In this document: in pieces, positions 31,079-42,156 of the stretch
Layout: every line of letters starts with the position of its first letter
How positions within the stretch are numbered: position 1 is the stretch's first letter
NCBI GenBank assembly: GCA_002898275.1
Contig: BEIQ01000001.1
Coordinates: 239,899 to 303,898, forward strand
Direction: 5' to 3'
Length of the DNA stretch: 64,000 nt
From: a bacterium HR40
GTDB lineage: Bacteria; Pseudomonadota; Alphaproteobacteria; Geminicoccales; Geminicoccaceae
Translations under genes and position numbers: made by a program
The notes under the pieces: model-generated
Told to the model about the DNA's origin: nothing
What the model saw: the letters and a program-made list of their open reading frames with translations, nothing else
The model's database searches: none

Positions 31079-31098
31079 GCTGAAGCGGAGTCCACGCC

Positions 31099-31461
31099 AT
31101 GACCACGACCCTGCCGGTACCCTCTCCCCAGGCCTCGCTGGTGGCCGGCAGCACGGTGGCGCCGGCCGCCGCAGCACCACGAGCGGATCCTGCCGCGCGT
31201 GTCGATCCGGCGCCGGCGATTACGCCGCACCGCGATCGCACCGACCTCGAGGCGCTGTTGCGGCGAGCGGCAGCCGAGCGCCATTCCGGTCGCGAGGTGG
31301 CGGTCAGTCTCGGACGCGACCAAGTGACGGACCATGTCGTGGTACGGGTGCACGACCGGACCACCGGGGAAGTGATCGAGCAATATCCGCCCGAGGAGCT
31401 GCTCCGTTTCTTCGCCGCCGCACGCGGCGAGAGCGGGCGTCTCCTCGATATCCAGAGCTGA
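31099..31461 (+). CDS. flaG: FlaG family flagellar protein
   Basis: 120 aa. The C-terminal part RDQVTDHVVVRVHDRTTGEVIEQYPPEELLRF matches the FlaG signature (V..V.D..TGEVIRQIP.EE). It lies between fliC and fliD. Confidence 0.8.
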   Translation: MTTTLPVPSPQASLVAGSTVAPAAAAPRADPAARVDPAPAITPHRDRTDLEALLRRAAAERHSGREVAVSLGRDQVTDHVVVRVHDRTTGEVIEQYPPEELLRFFAAARGESGRLLDIQS

Positions 31462-31474
31462 GCGGAGGCCTGCC

Positions 31475-33208
31475 GTGACCTCCTCGATCCAGTTCGGTAC
31501 CCTGCGCACCGACGGCGCCACGGCACGGCTCTTCGGCACGAGCTCGGGCATCGACACCGATCGCCTGATCGATGCCCTCGTCCAGGCCAAGCGGTTGCCT
31601 GCCGTGCGTCTCGAGAGCCGGATCGCTCGGAACGAAGCCAAGGTGGCGGCGCTGCGGGAGCTCTCGGGGCTCCTCGCGCGCATCCGCGACGCGGTCGCCG
31701 GTCTTCGCAACCCCCCGGGGGTCTTCGGCGTCAAAGAAAATGTCTTCGAGGCCAAGGACGTGTTCTTGAGTGCGAATACGGCCACCGCCCCGAACGCGCT
31801 GTTGGCCGCGAGCGCCGCCCCCGAAGCCGAGCCCTCCGCCTATTCCCTGGTGATCGAGCGGCTCGCGACCGCCCACAAGCTCGCCTCCGACAGCGTCGCT
31901 TCGGGAACCGTCACTCTCGCCGACGCCTTCAACGGCGGGGTCGATTTTCGCGGTCAGTTCGCGCTCGGGCTTGCCGGTGGCGCGTCGGCCACCGTGACCG
32001 TCGATGGCGCTATGGATATCTACGACCTCGAGGCGGCCATCGACGCTGTCAGTACCACCACCGGGGTCGAGGCCTCCGTCCTCAAAGTCGCCGACGACGA
32101 CTTCCGGCTCTTGCTCGCGGCCAAGGAGACCGGCAAGGCGATCCAATTCACGGCCATCTCCGGCACCAACGTTCCCGACCTCGTCGGCCTCACCACGGGC
32201 GGCGCCGCCAGCCGGAAGCATGAGCTGCAAGCGGCCCAGACGGCCAAGCTCGCCATCGACGGGGTGACGGTGGAGCGATCCTCCAACCTGGTCGACGACG
32301 TCATCCGCGGGGTCAAACTCAATCTCTTCAAAGCCGATCCGTCGACCACCGTAACGGTCGAGGTGCAGCGCTCGGCGAGCCGTGTCAAGGACGCGATCAC
32401 CGAGCTCGTCGATGCTGTCAACGCCTTCCGCGACTTCGTCGAGCGCCATCGGCAGGTATCGGAGAACGGGGAAGTCCCGGAAAACGCCGTACTGTTCGGC
32501 AATGCCACCTTGCGGAGTGCCGCCGCCACCCTCGGCGACGAGCTGGCCCGCAGCGTGGCGGGTCTACCGGCGGGCAGCCTCGCCCATCTCGCCGACATCG
32601 GCGTGACCCTCGATTCCGCGAACCGGCTCGTGGTCGACGAGGCGGCCCTCGAGGATGCGCTTTTGACTCGTTTCGACGACGTGCGCCGGCTGTTCGAGTT
32701 CTCCTTCGCCGCGAGTTCGGCCGACCTCAGGGTCTACGGGCGCACCAATGCGCTCGCCGACACCAGCTTCACCGTGGACATCGTGGATGCCGACGGGGAT
32801 GGAGCGATCGAGAGCGCGACCATCGACGGTGTGGCGGCCGATGTCCGCGGGGGGCGCATCGTCGGTCGCGCCGGCACCGCCTACGAAGGGCTCGAGCTGC
32901 TGTGGGTCGGTCGCGGGAGCACGTCGATCACGGTGAACGCGACCCAGGGAATTGGCGATCGGCTCTACAACGCGCTTCGAGCGATGCTCGACGAACAGCG
33001 CGGCGCGCTGCCGCGGGAGATCGCGCAGTTGACCGCGGACAACGATCGCTACGAGGTCGATATCGAGAAGATCGACGAGCGAGTCGAAAGGTTTCGTCAA
33101 TCTCTGATCGATAAGTTTGCGGCGCTCGAGAGGACGCTGTCCATGCTCAACGTCCTGTTGGGTCAGGTGCGGGCGCAGATCGAGGCGTTCTCCGGCAAGA
33201 GCGACTAA
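31475..33208 (+). CDS. fliD: Flagellar filament capping protein
   Basis: GTG start. It has the N-terminal SGIDTDRLIDALVQAKRLP and a heptad region. The C-terminal part is FRQSLIDKFAALERTLSMLNVLLGQV. 577 aa. Confidence 0.9.
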   Translation: MTSSIQFGTLRTDGATARLFGTSSGIDTDRLIDALVQAKRLPAVRLESRIARNEAKVAALRELSGLLARIRDAVAGLRNPPGVFGVKENVFEAKDVFLSANTATAPNALLAASAAPEAEPSAYSLVIERLATAHKLASDSVASGTVTLADAFNGGVDFRGQFALGLAGGASATVTVDGAMDIYDLEAAIDAVSTTTGVEASVLKVADDDFRLLLAAKETGKAIQFTAISGTNVPDLVGLTTGGAASRKHELQAAQTAKLAIDGVTVERSSNLVDDVIRGVKLNLFKADPSTTVTVEVQRSASRVKDAITELVDAVNAFRDFVERHRQVSENGEVPENAVLFGNATLRSAAATLGDELARSVAGLPAGSLAHLADIGVTLDSANRLVVDEAALEDALLTRFDDVRRLFEFSFAASSADLRVYGRTNALADTSFTVDIVDADGDGAIESATIDGVAADVRGGRIVGRAGTAYEGLELLWVGRGSTSITVNATQGIGDRLYNALRAMLDEQRGALPREIAQLTADNDRYEVDIEKIDERVERFRQSLIDKFAALERTLSMLNVLLGQVRAQIEAFSGKSD

Positions 33209-33228
33209 CGAAGAGGAGTGCCGCGCAG

Positions 33229-33666
33229 ATGACGGTGCAGCTGGCGGCGCGGGCCTTCGATGCCTACGGCCGCGCCAGCGCCACGATCCCGCCGCTTGAG
33301 CAGATCGTGATGCTCTACGATGCCGCGATCCTGAGGGTGAAGGAGGCGCGTGCAGCGATCGAGCGGGGCGACGTCGAGGGGCGTTTCCTGTCGACCCGCA
33401 AGGCGATCGCCATCCTCGAAGCCCTGCAGTCCTGCCTCGATCACGACAGGGGCGGGGAGATCGCTCGCTTGCTCGACCGCTGCTACACCTATTTGATCCT
33501 GCGGCTCGCGGAGGTGAACCGTCGCAACGCCCCAGCGTTGTGCGACGAGATCCTCGACCGTCTCGGCGAGCTCAGGAGAGCGTGGGCCGAGCTTTCCTCC
33601 CGCCCGAGCGGGCTTTCTGGCGGGGATCGCACCGCCGTCCCGCTCGCCGCGGCGACCACTGCCTGA
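33229..33666 (+). CDS. fliS: Flagellin export chaperone
   Basis: 145 aa. The sequence YGRASATIPPLEQIVMLYDAAILRVKEA...KAIAILEALQSCLD...IARLLDRCYTYLILRL shows the FliS four-helix pattern. It lies immediately after fliD. Confidence 0.88.
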   Translation: MTVQLAARAFDAYGRASATIPPLEQIVMLYDAAILRVKEARAAIERGDVEGRFLSTRKAIAILEALQSCLDHDRGGEIARLLDRCYTYLILRLAEVNRRNAPALCDEILDRLGELRRAWAELSSRPSGLSGGDRTAVPLAAATTA

Positions 33667-33694
33667 AGCCGGCACCGTCGCCTCGGCCGGCGCG

Positions 33695-33726
33695 GTTGCA
33701 GCCCGGGTCCGGCGTCCTTATATCTG
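33695..33726 (+). promoter_or_regulatory. Sigma32 (RpoH)-type heat-shock promoter for dnaKJ, alphaproteobacterial consensus
   Basis: The -35 element is GTTG (33695-33698). It is separated by 18 nt from the -10 element CTTATATCTG (33717-33726), which fits CYTATNTNNG at every specified position. It lies about 100 nt upstream of the dnaK ATG. Confidence 0.65.
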
Positions 33727-33828
33727 CCACGCTGGAAGATTCCGGGCCGCCACCGAAAGTCCTGCCCTGGCGTCGGTCGACCGGGGCGGACGTCCCGGTC
33801 GCGCATCGCTCACCGCGAGGGGTCGAGA

Positions 33829-35742
<1,914 letters not shown>

Positions 35743-35826
35743 CCCCAGGTCGAGGGATGAGGGTAGCGGTGGAGGGGGCAGACGGCCCGCTCCACCGCCT
35801 CTCCGGACGGTGCGGAACGACCCTGG

Positions 35827-36954
35827 ATGGCGAAGCGCGACTATTACGAGGTCCTCGGCGTCGATCGCCATGCGAGCGAAGCGGAGATCAAGCGCGCCTT
35901 CCGGCAGCTCGCGCTGCGCTGGCATCCGGACCGCAATCCGGGCGACAAGGAGGCCGAGGCGAGGTTCAAGGAAATCAACGAGGCCTACGAGGTGCTGCGC
36001 GATCCGCAAAAGCGCGCAGCCTATGACCAATTCGGCCATCGCGCTTTCGAGCCAGGAGGCGGGGCAGAAGCTCGGGGAGGGTTCGATTTCACCAGCTTCG
36101 CCGACGCCTTCGAGGACCTGTTCGCCGACTTCATGGGTGGTCGGCGGCGCCAGTCGGCGACGCGCGGTGCCGATCTCCGCTTCAACCTGACGATCACCCT
36201 CGAGGAGGCCTTTACCGGCAAACGGGCGCAGATCCGGATACCGACCGCAGTGCCCTGCGAGGCCTGCTCGGGCACCGGCAGCGAAGGTGCCGCCGATCCC
36301 GTACCTTGCCCGACCTGCCGCGGGTTGGGCCGCGTCCGCGCCCAGCAGGGATTCTTCACCATCGAACGGACCTGCCCGCGTTGCCAGGGTAGTGGACGCA
36401 TCGTTCGCGATCCCTGCCGGGAATGCGGGGGCAGCGGCCGCGTCCAGCGGGAGAAGGTGCTGGCGGTCAACATTCCAGCGGGAGTCGAGGATGGCACCCG
36501 CATTCGGCTGGCCGGCGAGGGCGAAGCCGGAATCCGTGGCGGACCGCCGGGCGATCTCTACATCTTCGTCACCGTCGCGCCGCATCGGGTGTTCCGGCGG
36601 GAGGGCAGCGATATCTGGTGCCGGGTGCCCATCCCCATGACCACCGCAGCCCTCGGCGGCACGGTGGAAGTGCCCACCATCGAGGGTACGCGCGTGCGCG
36701 TCCAGATCCCGGAAGGGACGCAGACCGGCCGCCAGATCCGCCTCAAGGGAAAGGGCATGACCCCGCTCCATGGCGGGGCGCGCGGCGATATGTTCGTCGA
36801 GCTCGTGGTCGAAACCCCGGTCAATCTCACCAAGAAGCAGAAGCAGCTCCTGCGGGAGTTCGAAAAGGCGAGCGCCGAACAGCAGGGACACCATCCGGAA
36901 TCGGAAGGGTTCTTCGCCAAGGTCAGGGAGTTGTGGTCAGAGCTGCGCGAATAG
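35827..36954 (+). CDS. dnaJ: Molecular chaperone DnaJ
   Basis: The J-domain carries HPDRNPGD, followed by a G/F region and four CxxCxGxG repeats ([32 protein letters not shown]). 375 aa. Confidence 0.97.
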   Translation: MAKRDYYEVLGVDRHASEAEIKRAFRQLALRWHPDRNPGDKEAEARFKEINEAYEVLRDPQKRAAYDQFGHRAFEPGGGAEARGGFDFTSFADAFEDLFADFMGGRRRQSATRGADLRFNLTITLEEAFTGKRAQIRIPTAVPCEACSGTGSEGAADPVPCPTCRGLGRVRAQQGFFTIERTCPRCQGSGRIVRDPCRECGGSGRVQREKVLAVNIPAGVEDGTRIRLAGEGEAGIRGGPPGDLYIFVTVAPHRVFRREGSDIWCRVPIPMTTAALGGTVEVPTIEGTRVRVQIPEGTQTGRQIRLKGKGMTPLHGGARGDMFVELVVETPVNLTKKQKQLLREFEKASAEQQGHHPESEGFFAKVRELWSELRE

Positions 36955-37609
36955 TCGGATCGGCGACGAGGACCACGAGGTAGCTCCCGGGTACGATCAG
37001 CGACAGCAAATTGTGCAGCCGCTCGCCCGGCGAAGAGGGGAGACGCCGCAGGCCGGCGGTCGCGGCGACGGTGGCGAGTTGCCGGGCTGTGAGATGGCGA
37101 AACGGCGGCATGCGACCGAAGCGCGCCTGGAGCCGGTGGAGGAGGGCGCGCGGATGGCGCGGATGGGGCATGAATACAGCGATCCGACCGTCGGGGCGCA
37201 GCAGCTGCGCGGCGCGCGCCAGCGCCAGCGCGGGATCGGCCATATGTTCGAGGCTGCCGATGAACAGCACGCCGTCGAAGGTGCCGAGCTCTTGCGCGGA
37301 CGCGTCCTCGATGGCGCACACGCGGTACTCGAGCCTCGTCGGTGCCGAGCGGGAAAGATGGGCGCGCGCCTCGCGGATCATCCCCGGCGCACAGTCGATC
37401 CCGATCCCACGATGGACGATGTGGGCGAGCTCGGCCAGTTGCTCGCCCGTCCCACAGCCGACGTCGAGCACGCAACTCTGCGAGCCGAGTCGCAAAGCCG
37501 AGACCAGCCGCCGCGTCCGCCAAGCGCGCAGCAGGCGGGCCGGAAGGCTCGTCCCGTGACGGCGTCGCCAGGATCGCGCTGCGCGGTCCCCGGGTCGGTC
37601 GAATCCCAT
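36923..37609 (-). CDS. Class I SAM-dependent methyltransferase
   Basis: Motif I is [15 protein letters not shown], with [11 protein letters not shown] and [11 protein letters not shown]. 228 aa. Its 3' end overlaps the dnaJ 3' end by 32 nt (convergent). Confidence 0.75.
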   Translation of the reverse strand: MGFDRPGDRAARSWRRRHGTSLPARLLRAWRTRRLVSALRLGSQSCVLDVGCGTGEQLAELAHIVHRGIGIDCAPGMIREARAHLSRSAPTRLEYRVCAIEDASAQELGTFDGVLFIGSLEHMADPALALARAAQLLRPDGRIAVFMPHPRHPRALLHRLQARFGRMPPFRHLTARQLATVAATAGLRRLPSSPGERLHNLLSLIVPGSYLVVLVADPTIRAALTTTP

Positions 37610-37935
37610 CGCCCTCTCGAGATGCCCGACAACGCCCGGCTCGTGCCCGGACGGCCGCCACTTCCGTCGGGCGGCAGGCGCGCCGTCCTTCTGACATACC
37701 CTGAAGCCGTGGAGAAGCCGACCCGAGCGGGACCGCGACCGAGAAGGATCCCGATCTGCGGTTCCAGCTGGGCTCCAGCTCGGTGGGAACGCGGGGATCC
37801 CGCCTTTCGCATCCGACCCCCGCAGCCTTCCGCCGGTACGCGGGTCGGCGACGGCCTTGCCAGGCTCCCGAAGTCGTCACTGGCGTTCTCGAAAAAAATC
37901 GTCAACACTAACGATGAGTGACGGGAGCCGTCGCC

Positions 37936-39813
37936 ATGCACATCGCGTCCAGGTTCTGCATCCTTCGGTATGTATTGCGTCTCGCCGCGGGCCTAGCCCT
38001 CTCGACGGCCCTTTCCAGCCATCCGGGCGTCCGGGCGGAAAGCTTGCCGGGGGTCTCTCGTCTCGCCCGGCCGCAGTCGTTCGAGCTCGGCCTCGCCTCG
38101 ACGGCGACCGGCTCGCCCTTCGCCACGCCCAACGTCTATGCGTTGCCGGGCGCGACGAGCGTCTACGACGTGCGCGTCGGTCGGGCGATCGTTTTCGGCG
38201 ACAGCTATTCCATCACTCGCGACGATCCCTACGGGGGGCCGCCGCGCTGGCCGTTCGAGATGTGGAACGAGCAACTCGTGCGCGAGGGTCTGTTCGCCGA
38301 GCTCGCGAACTTCGCCATCGGCGGTTCGGTCGCGCGCGGCTGTGCCCGCCGTAGCCTGTGTGCCCAGTACGGCAGTTGGCAGAGAGAGGGGGGCGGCTTC
38401 CGCGACGGCGACCTCACCATCTTGTGGTTCGGCCAGAACGATCTGAGGCGGCCGGAACTCCTCGGCGCCAGCCTCGCCGGCTACCGCAAACATCTGAACC
38501 TGTTGCGCGCCAGCGGCGCTACGGCGGCAGGGCGCAAGATCCTGGTGACGCTGATCCCCGACTGGGGCCGCAGGCCGATCGGCACGCCCGAGGATTCGGC
38601 CCGTACGGCTTTCTTCAACGATCGGCTCGTGGCGATCGCCCGCGATCTCGGAAGAAAGGTGATCCCCGTCGATCTCTATTCGGCCTTCAATCGAGTGTAC
38701 GCGGATCCGGCAAAGTTCGGTCTGACCAATGTCGCCACGGCCGATCCAGCCGCTGCGACGGACACGAGCATTCTCTTTTACGATGACGAACATTTCGGCC
38801 GCCGGGGGCAAGAGATCGCGGCCACCGTCTTTCGTCACTATCTGACGGCCGGCTGGGATTGGGCGGCGCGGCTCGGAGCCGGTGCCAAGGCCGCGCGGCG
38901 TTTCGCCGAGGACCTGTCGAGCGGGCTCGTCTTCGGCTTTCCGGCCTTCGGCGGAACGGATGCGGTGAGCGTCTTCCAATTCGGCGTGGCAAGCGAATCC
39001 GAACCGCAACCGTTCGACGACACTCCGGCCACCCGCTTTTCCGCCGAGGCTCTGGGCGGCAGCGCCGCTGCGGGGAGTGGCACCGGCATCAGCTTGGCCC
39101 TGGGCCCGGATGCTCGGCTGACCTTTGCCACCGGCTCCTACGGGGAGCAGGTGGAACGCGGCGATCCCAGCGGCTTCCGCGACACGCGGCTCGCCGCCCG
39201 CGCCTTCGGCCTGGTTCTGGAGCAGCGGGCTTGGGGGCTCGACTGGGTGAGCCGGATCGATCTCACCGCGGGCCGGTTCGTCGAACGGCGCCATCATCCG
39301 CTCACCGGCGAGGTCACGCGCGGTGCCGGCGATTCCTCGGCCTTCGCGATCGGCCAGGCGGTCGAGGCTCCGTTCCGTCTCGGCGGCTTCGGGTTCACCC
39401 CATGGGCGGAGATCGCCTTCGAGCGCCACGAAATGGGGAGCATGACCGTCCCCGATCCCCTCTTCGGCAGTGTCCGTTTTGGCAGCACTGCCGTCGACGA
39501 CACCATCGCCTCCTTCGGCCTGCGCTTCCTCGCCCCGCCGATCCGCCTCGGCGCCAGCCAGATGGTCATCGGCGGCAGCCTCGCTCGTCGCAAGGGCTTG
39601 GACAGCGGGCAGAGCGAAGTGACCATCCGCGAGGGGCTCGCGGCGCGCAGCGAAACCATCGATCTCGGCCGCACGGACGAATGGTCCGCCTCGCTCGTCG
39701 CCTCGCTGCCGATCGGCGAGAACGGCGGGCTCGATCTCGCATGGACGGCGATCGACCGCTCGAGCGAAGGCTTCGACCATTCGGCGATGGCGCGTTTGTC
39801 GTTCCGCTTCTGA
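37936..39813 (+). CDS. SGNH/GDSL hydrolase fused to a C-terminal autotransporter beta-barrel (EstA-like)
   Basis: The signal-peptide-like N-terminus is MHIASRFCILRYVLRLAAGLALS. SGNH block I is FGDSYS, block III is GQND and block V is DDEH. The C-terminal ~270 aa are beta-strand rich and end in MARLSFRF (terminal aromatic). ATG 37936 has GGGAG 8 nt upstream; an alternative GTG lies at 37918. Confidence 0.85.
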   Translation: MHIASRFCILRYVLRLAAGLALSTALSSHPGVRAESLPGVSRLARPQSFELGLASTATGSPFATPNVYALPGATSVYDVRVGRAIVFGDSYSITRDDPYGGPPRWPFEMWNEQLVREGLFAELANFAIGGSVARGCARRSLCAQYGSWQREGGGFRDGDLTILWFGQNDLRRPELLGASLAGYRKHLNLLRASGATAAGRKILVTLIPDWGRRPIGTPEDSARTAFFNDRLVAIARDLGRKVIPVDLYSAFNRVYADPAKFGLTNVATADPAAATDTSILFYDDEHFGRRGQEIAATVFRHYLTAGWDWAARLGAGAKAARRFAEDLSSGLVFGFPAFGGTDAVSVFQFGVASESEPQPFDDTPATRFSAEALGGSAAAGSGTGISLALGPDARLTFATGSYGEQVERGDPSGFRDTRLAARAFGLVLEQRAWGLDWVSRIDLTAGRFVERRHHPLTGEVTRGAGDSSAFAIGQAVEAPFRLGGFGFTPWAEIAFERHEMGSMTVPDPLFGSVRFGSTAVDDTIASFGLRFLAPPIRLGASQMVIGGSLARRKGLDSGQSEVTIREGLAARSETIDLGRTDEWSASLVASLPIGENGGLDLAWTAIDRSSEGFDHSAMARLSFRF

Positions 39814-39938
39814 GCCGTCCACCAGCGACCTCTTGGCGATCGTCGGCTAGGGATCCGCGGATACTGCATGCACCCGGATATGCAAGGCGACGATCGGAGC
39901 CTTGCGGGCCGACAGCCGCCGCGCCACAGGAAGGCGCC

Positions 39939-40973
39939 ATGGCCGTACCCCATGTGGTCCCGCTCGCCCATCTGCCAGGTGTTCCCCCCGTCCCAGGAGG
40001 CGGCTGCTGGGGGCCGGCCGACGATCGTCCGCCGCTCGTTCCCGATCCGTCGCGCCCGGCCCATCTCGCGGTGGTGGTCGATACCGAGGAGGAATTCGAC
40101 TGGAATCATCCGGGGGATTCCTCAGCGCGGAGCGTGTCAGCCATCGCCGCCCTGCCATATTTCCACGAGCTCTGCCGCGCCTACGGACTCGTTCCGACCT
40201 ATGTCGTCACTTGGCCAGTGCTGGCCTCGGATCGGGCGAGCGGGCTGCTCGCCTCCTGGTGGAAAGCGGGGGAGGCGCGCCTCGGCATCCACCTCCATGC
40301 CTGGGTCACGCCCCCCTTCGAGGAACCGACCGAGGAGACCTTCCAGGCCAATCTGCCGGCCGAGCTCGAGCGGGCGAAGCTGGACCAGCTCTGCACTCTT
40401 TTTCGCGAGCGGTTCGCGGTCGCGCCGGTGATTCACAAGGCCGGGCGGTACGGCATCGGCTCGCAAACGCTCCACAGTCTCGTCGACCTCGGCATCACCA
40501 TCGACACCAGCCTCTCGCCGCCCTTCGATTATCGCGATCGGGGCGGGCCCGATTTCCGGCACACGCCCGTTCATCCCTGTTGGCTCGTGCCGGGGCGTCT
40601 GTTCGCGATACCCACCACCGGCGGCTACCGGGATCCCTGGCTTCGCCGGGCCGCGCGGGTCGCCGGCCTCGGCCGCATGGTGCCGCGCCTGCGGGCTGCT
40701 TCCCCGACGCGCCTGTCGCCGGAAGGGGGGGATTTCCCGAGTCTCAAGGACTTAACGCGCCGGCTCTTCCGCCAAGGGGTGCGGGATTTCACTTTGTCGC
40801 TCCACAGTCCGTCGCTCCAGCCGGGCTGCACCCCCTATGTCCGCGACGTGGCCGATCGTCAGCTCCTGATGGACACTTGCCGCCGCTATTTGCGCTGGTT
40901 CGCCGGCGAGTTCGGCGGCCGGCTCGCGACTGTCGAAGGGATGGTCATTTCTCACTGGGACCGTGCACCGTGA
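39939..40973 (+). CDS. WalW-like / polysaccharide-deacetylase-like protein
   Basis: The sequence HLAVVVDTEEEFDWNHP...YGLVPTYVVTWPV...LGIHLHAWVTPPF...VIHKAGRYGIG resembles the WalW/NodB-like family as I recall it. Only the last 344 aa of the 704-aa track ORF are credible. Confidence 0.6.
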   Translation: MAVPHVVPLAHLPGVPPVPGGGCWGPADDRPPLVPDPSRPAHLAVVVDTEEEFDWNHPGDSSARSVSAIAALPYFHELCRAYGLVPTYVVTWPVLASDRASGLLASWWKAGEARLGIHLHAWVTPPFEEPTEETFQANLPAELERAKLDQLCTLFRERFAVAPVIHKAGRYGIGSQTLHSLVDLGITIDTSLSPPFDYRDRGGPDFRHTPVHPCWLVPGRLFAIPTTGGYRDPWLRRAARVAGLGRMVPRLRAASPTRLSPEGGDFPSLKDLTRRLFRQGVRDFTLSLHSPSLQPGCTPYVRDVADRQLLMDTCRRYLRWFAGEFGGRLATVEGMVISHWDRAP

Positions 40974-41017
40974 CTGCTGCGACTCTCGTCCATTCCTCGC
41001 GCCCGCGTCGAGACACA

Positions 41018-42145
41018 ATGGCCCTGACCTTCGCGGTCGAGCCGGTCGTGCATCGGGAAGCGGTCGAAACCCTCTGGCGACGCTTGGAGGCTGAGGCCGA
41101 CGGCCATTTCTTCACCAGCTGGACATGGATCGGGGCTTGGCTCCGGCACGTCGAACGGCCTGTCTATTTGCTGCGCGCGGAGGAGGCGGGAGAGCCCGTC
41201 GCCCTCGGCCTCTTCTGTGTCCACCGGCAGGTGCGCTGGAAAGTGCTGCCCGTCACCACTCTGCAGCTCGCCGCCACGGGGGACGACGCCTTCGACCTCA
41301 TTACCGTCGAATACAACGATCTCTTGGTGCGCGCCGACGGTGCCGAGGCCATCCGGGCAGCCGTCTGGCGCTGGCTGGGCGGACGCGACCGGTTCGCCGA
41401 TGTCGTGTTCGACGAGATCCATCTGCCGGGCGTGACCGCGGCGACCGGTCGGGCAGCGGCCACCGCCTCCGGCCTTGCCGGTCGCGTCTACGCCCGCAAG
41501 CCGCTCGCCCTCGTCGACCTCCAGGCGGTGCGGGCTTGTGGACGACCTTGGCCCGAAATGTTGGGCAGCAACACCCGCTACCAGCTCCGCCGTGCCCTCC
41601 GCCTCTATGGCGAGCGTGGCGAGCCGCTCCTCGAAGCGGCAGCGGATGTGCCGACCGCGCTCGAATGGCTCGAGCAGGCGGGCGAACTGCATCAGCGGCG
41701 ATGGACAGCGAAGGGACGTTCCGGCGCCTTCGCGTCGCCGTTCTTCGTGGCGTTCGCCCGCGAACTCGTCCGGCTCGGCGTTCCGGAAGGCACAGTCGAG
41801 ATGCTACGGATCCGAGCCGGCAGCCACGTGATCGGCTATCTCCAGAACTTCGTCTACCGCGGCCACGCCTTCTATTATTTCGGCGGCTTTGCCTACGAGG
41901 AGGATCCGCGCATCAAACCCGGCCTCGTTGCCCACCACCTCGCGGTGTTGCGCTATCTCGAACGCGGCTGCCAGATCTACGACTTCGGCGCCGGAGCCTT
42001 CCGCTACAAATACCAGCTAGGCCAGCCGGGCCCGGACATCGAGACTTGGATCCTCCGCCGACCCCGCGTCGCGCTGGAACTCGAGGACTTGGCTCGTCGT
42101 CTGCGGGCCCGCTGGCGGGCACGCCGCCAGCGGGCGGAGGGCTGA
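41018..42145 (+). CDS. FemAB-like GNAT acyltransferase (Acetyltransf_6 / CelD-like)
   Basis: The sequence is FFTSWTWIGAWL...ITVEYNDLL...TRYQLRRALR...HVIGYLQNFVYRGHAFYYFGGF...KPGLVAHHLAV...YDFGAG..YK. 375 aa from ATG 41018. An in-frame GTG at 40970 overlapping the walW-like stop (GTGA) is an alternative start. Confidence 0.7.
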   Translation: MALTFAVEPVVHREAVETLWRRLEAEADGHFFTSWTWIGAWLRHVERPVYLLRAEEAGEPVALGLFCVHRQVRWKVLPVTTLQLAATGDDAFDLITVEYNDLLVRADGAEAIRAAVWRWLGGRDRFADVVFDEIHLPGVTAATGRAAATASGLAGRVYARKPLALVDLQAVRACGRPWPEMLGSNTRYQLRRALRLYGERGEPLLEAAADVPTALEWLEQAGELHQRRWTAKGRSGAFASPFFVAFARELVRLGVPEGTVEMLRIRAGSHVIGYLQNFVYRGHAFYYFGGFAYEEDPRIKPGLVAHHLAVLRYLERGCQIYDFGAGAFRYKYQLGQPGPDIETWILRRPRVALELEDLARRLRARWRARRQRAEG

Positions 42146-42156
42146 GCCCTGGCTGC

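Noticed and set aside
28091-31180. A 1029-aa minus-strand ORF antisense to trpS and fliC. Similar giant antisense or alternate-frame ORFs include 455-2572(-), 8503-10467(+), 42642-44609(-), 47186-50902(-), 51124-54009(-), 53804-55765(-) and 24959-27439(+).
   Set aside because: All have low-complexity Arg/Gly/Pro/Ala-rich translations with no recognisable motifs. Each is fully shadowed by an opposite-strand or alternate-frame gene that has clear family signatures.
38859-40973. A 704-aa ORF suggesting a large protein overlapping the autotransporter gene
   Set aside because: The first ~360 aa are an Arg/Gly-rich alternate frame of the autotransporter gene. A credible protein (WalW-like) begins only at ATG 39939, downstream of the autotransporter stop.
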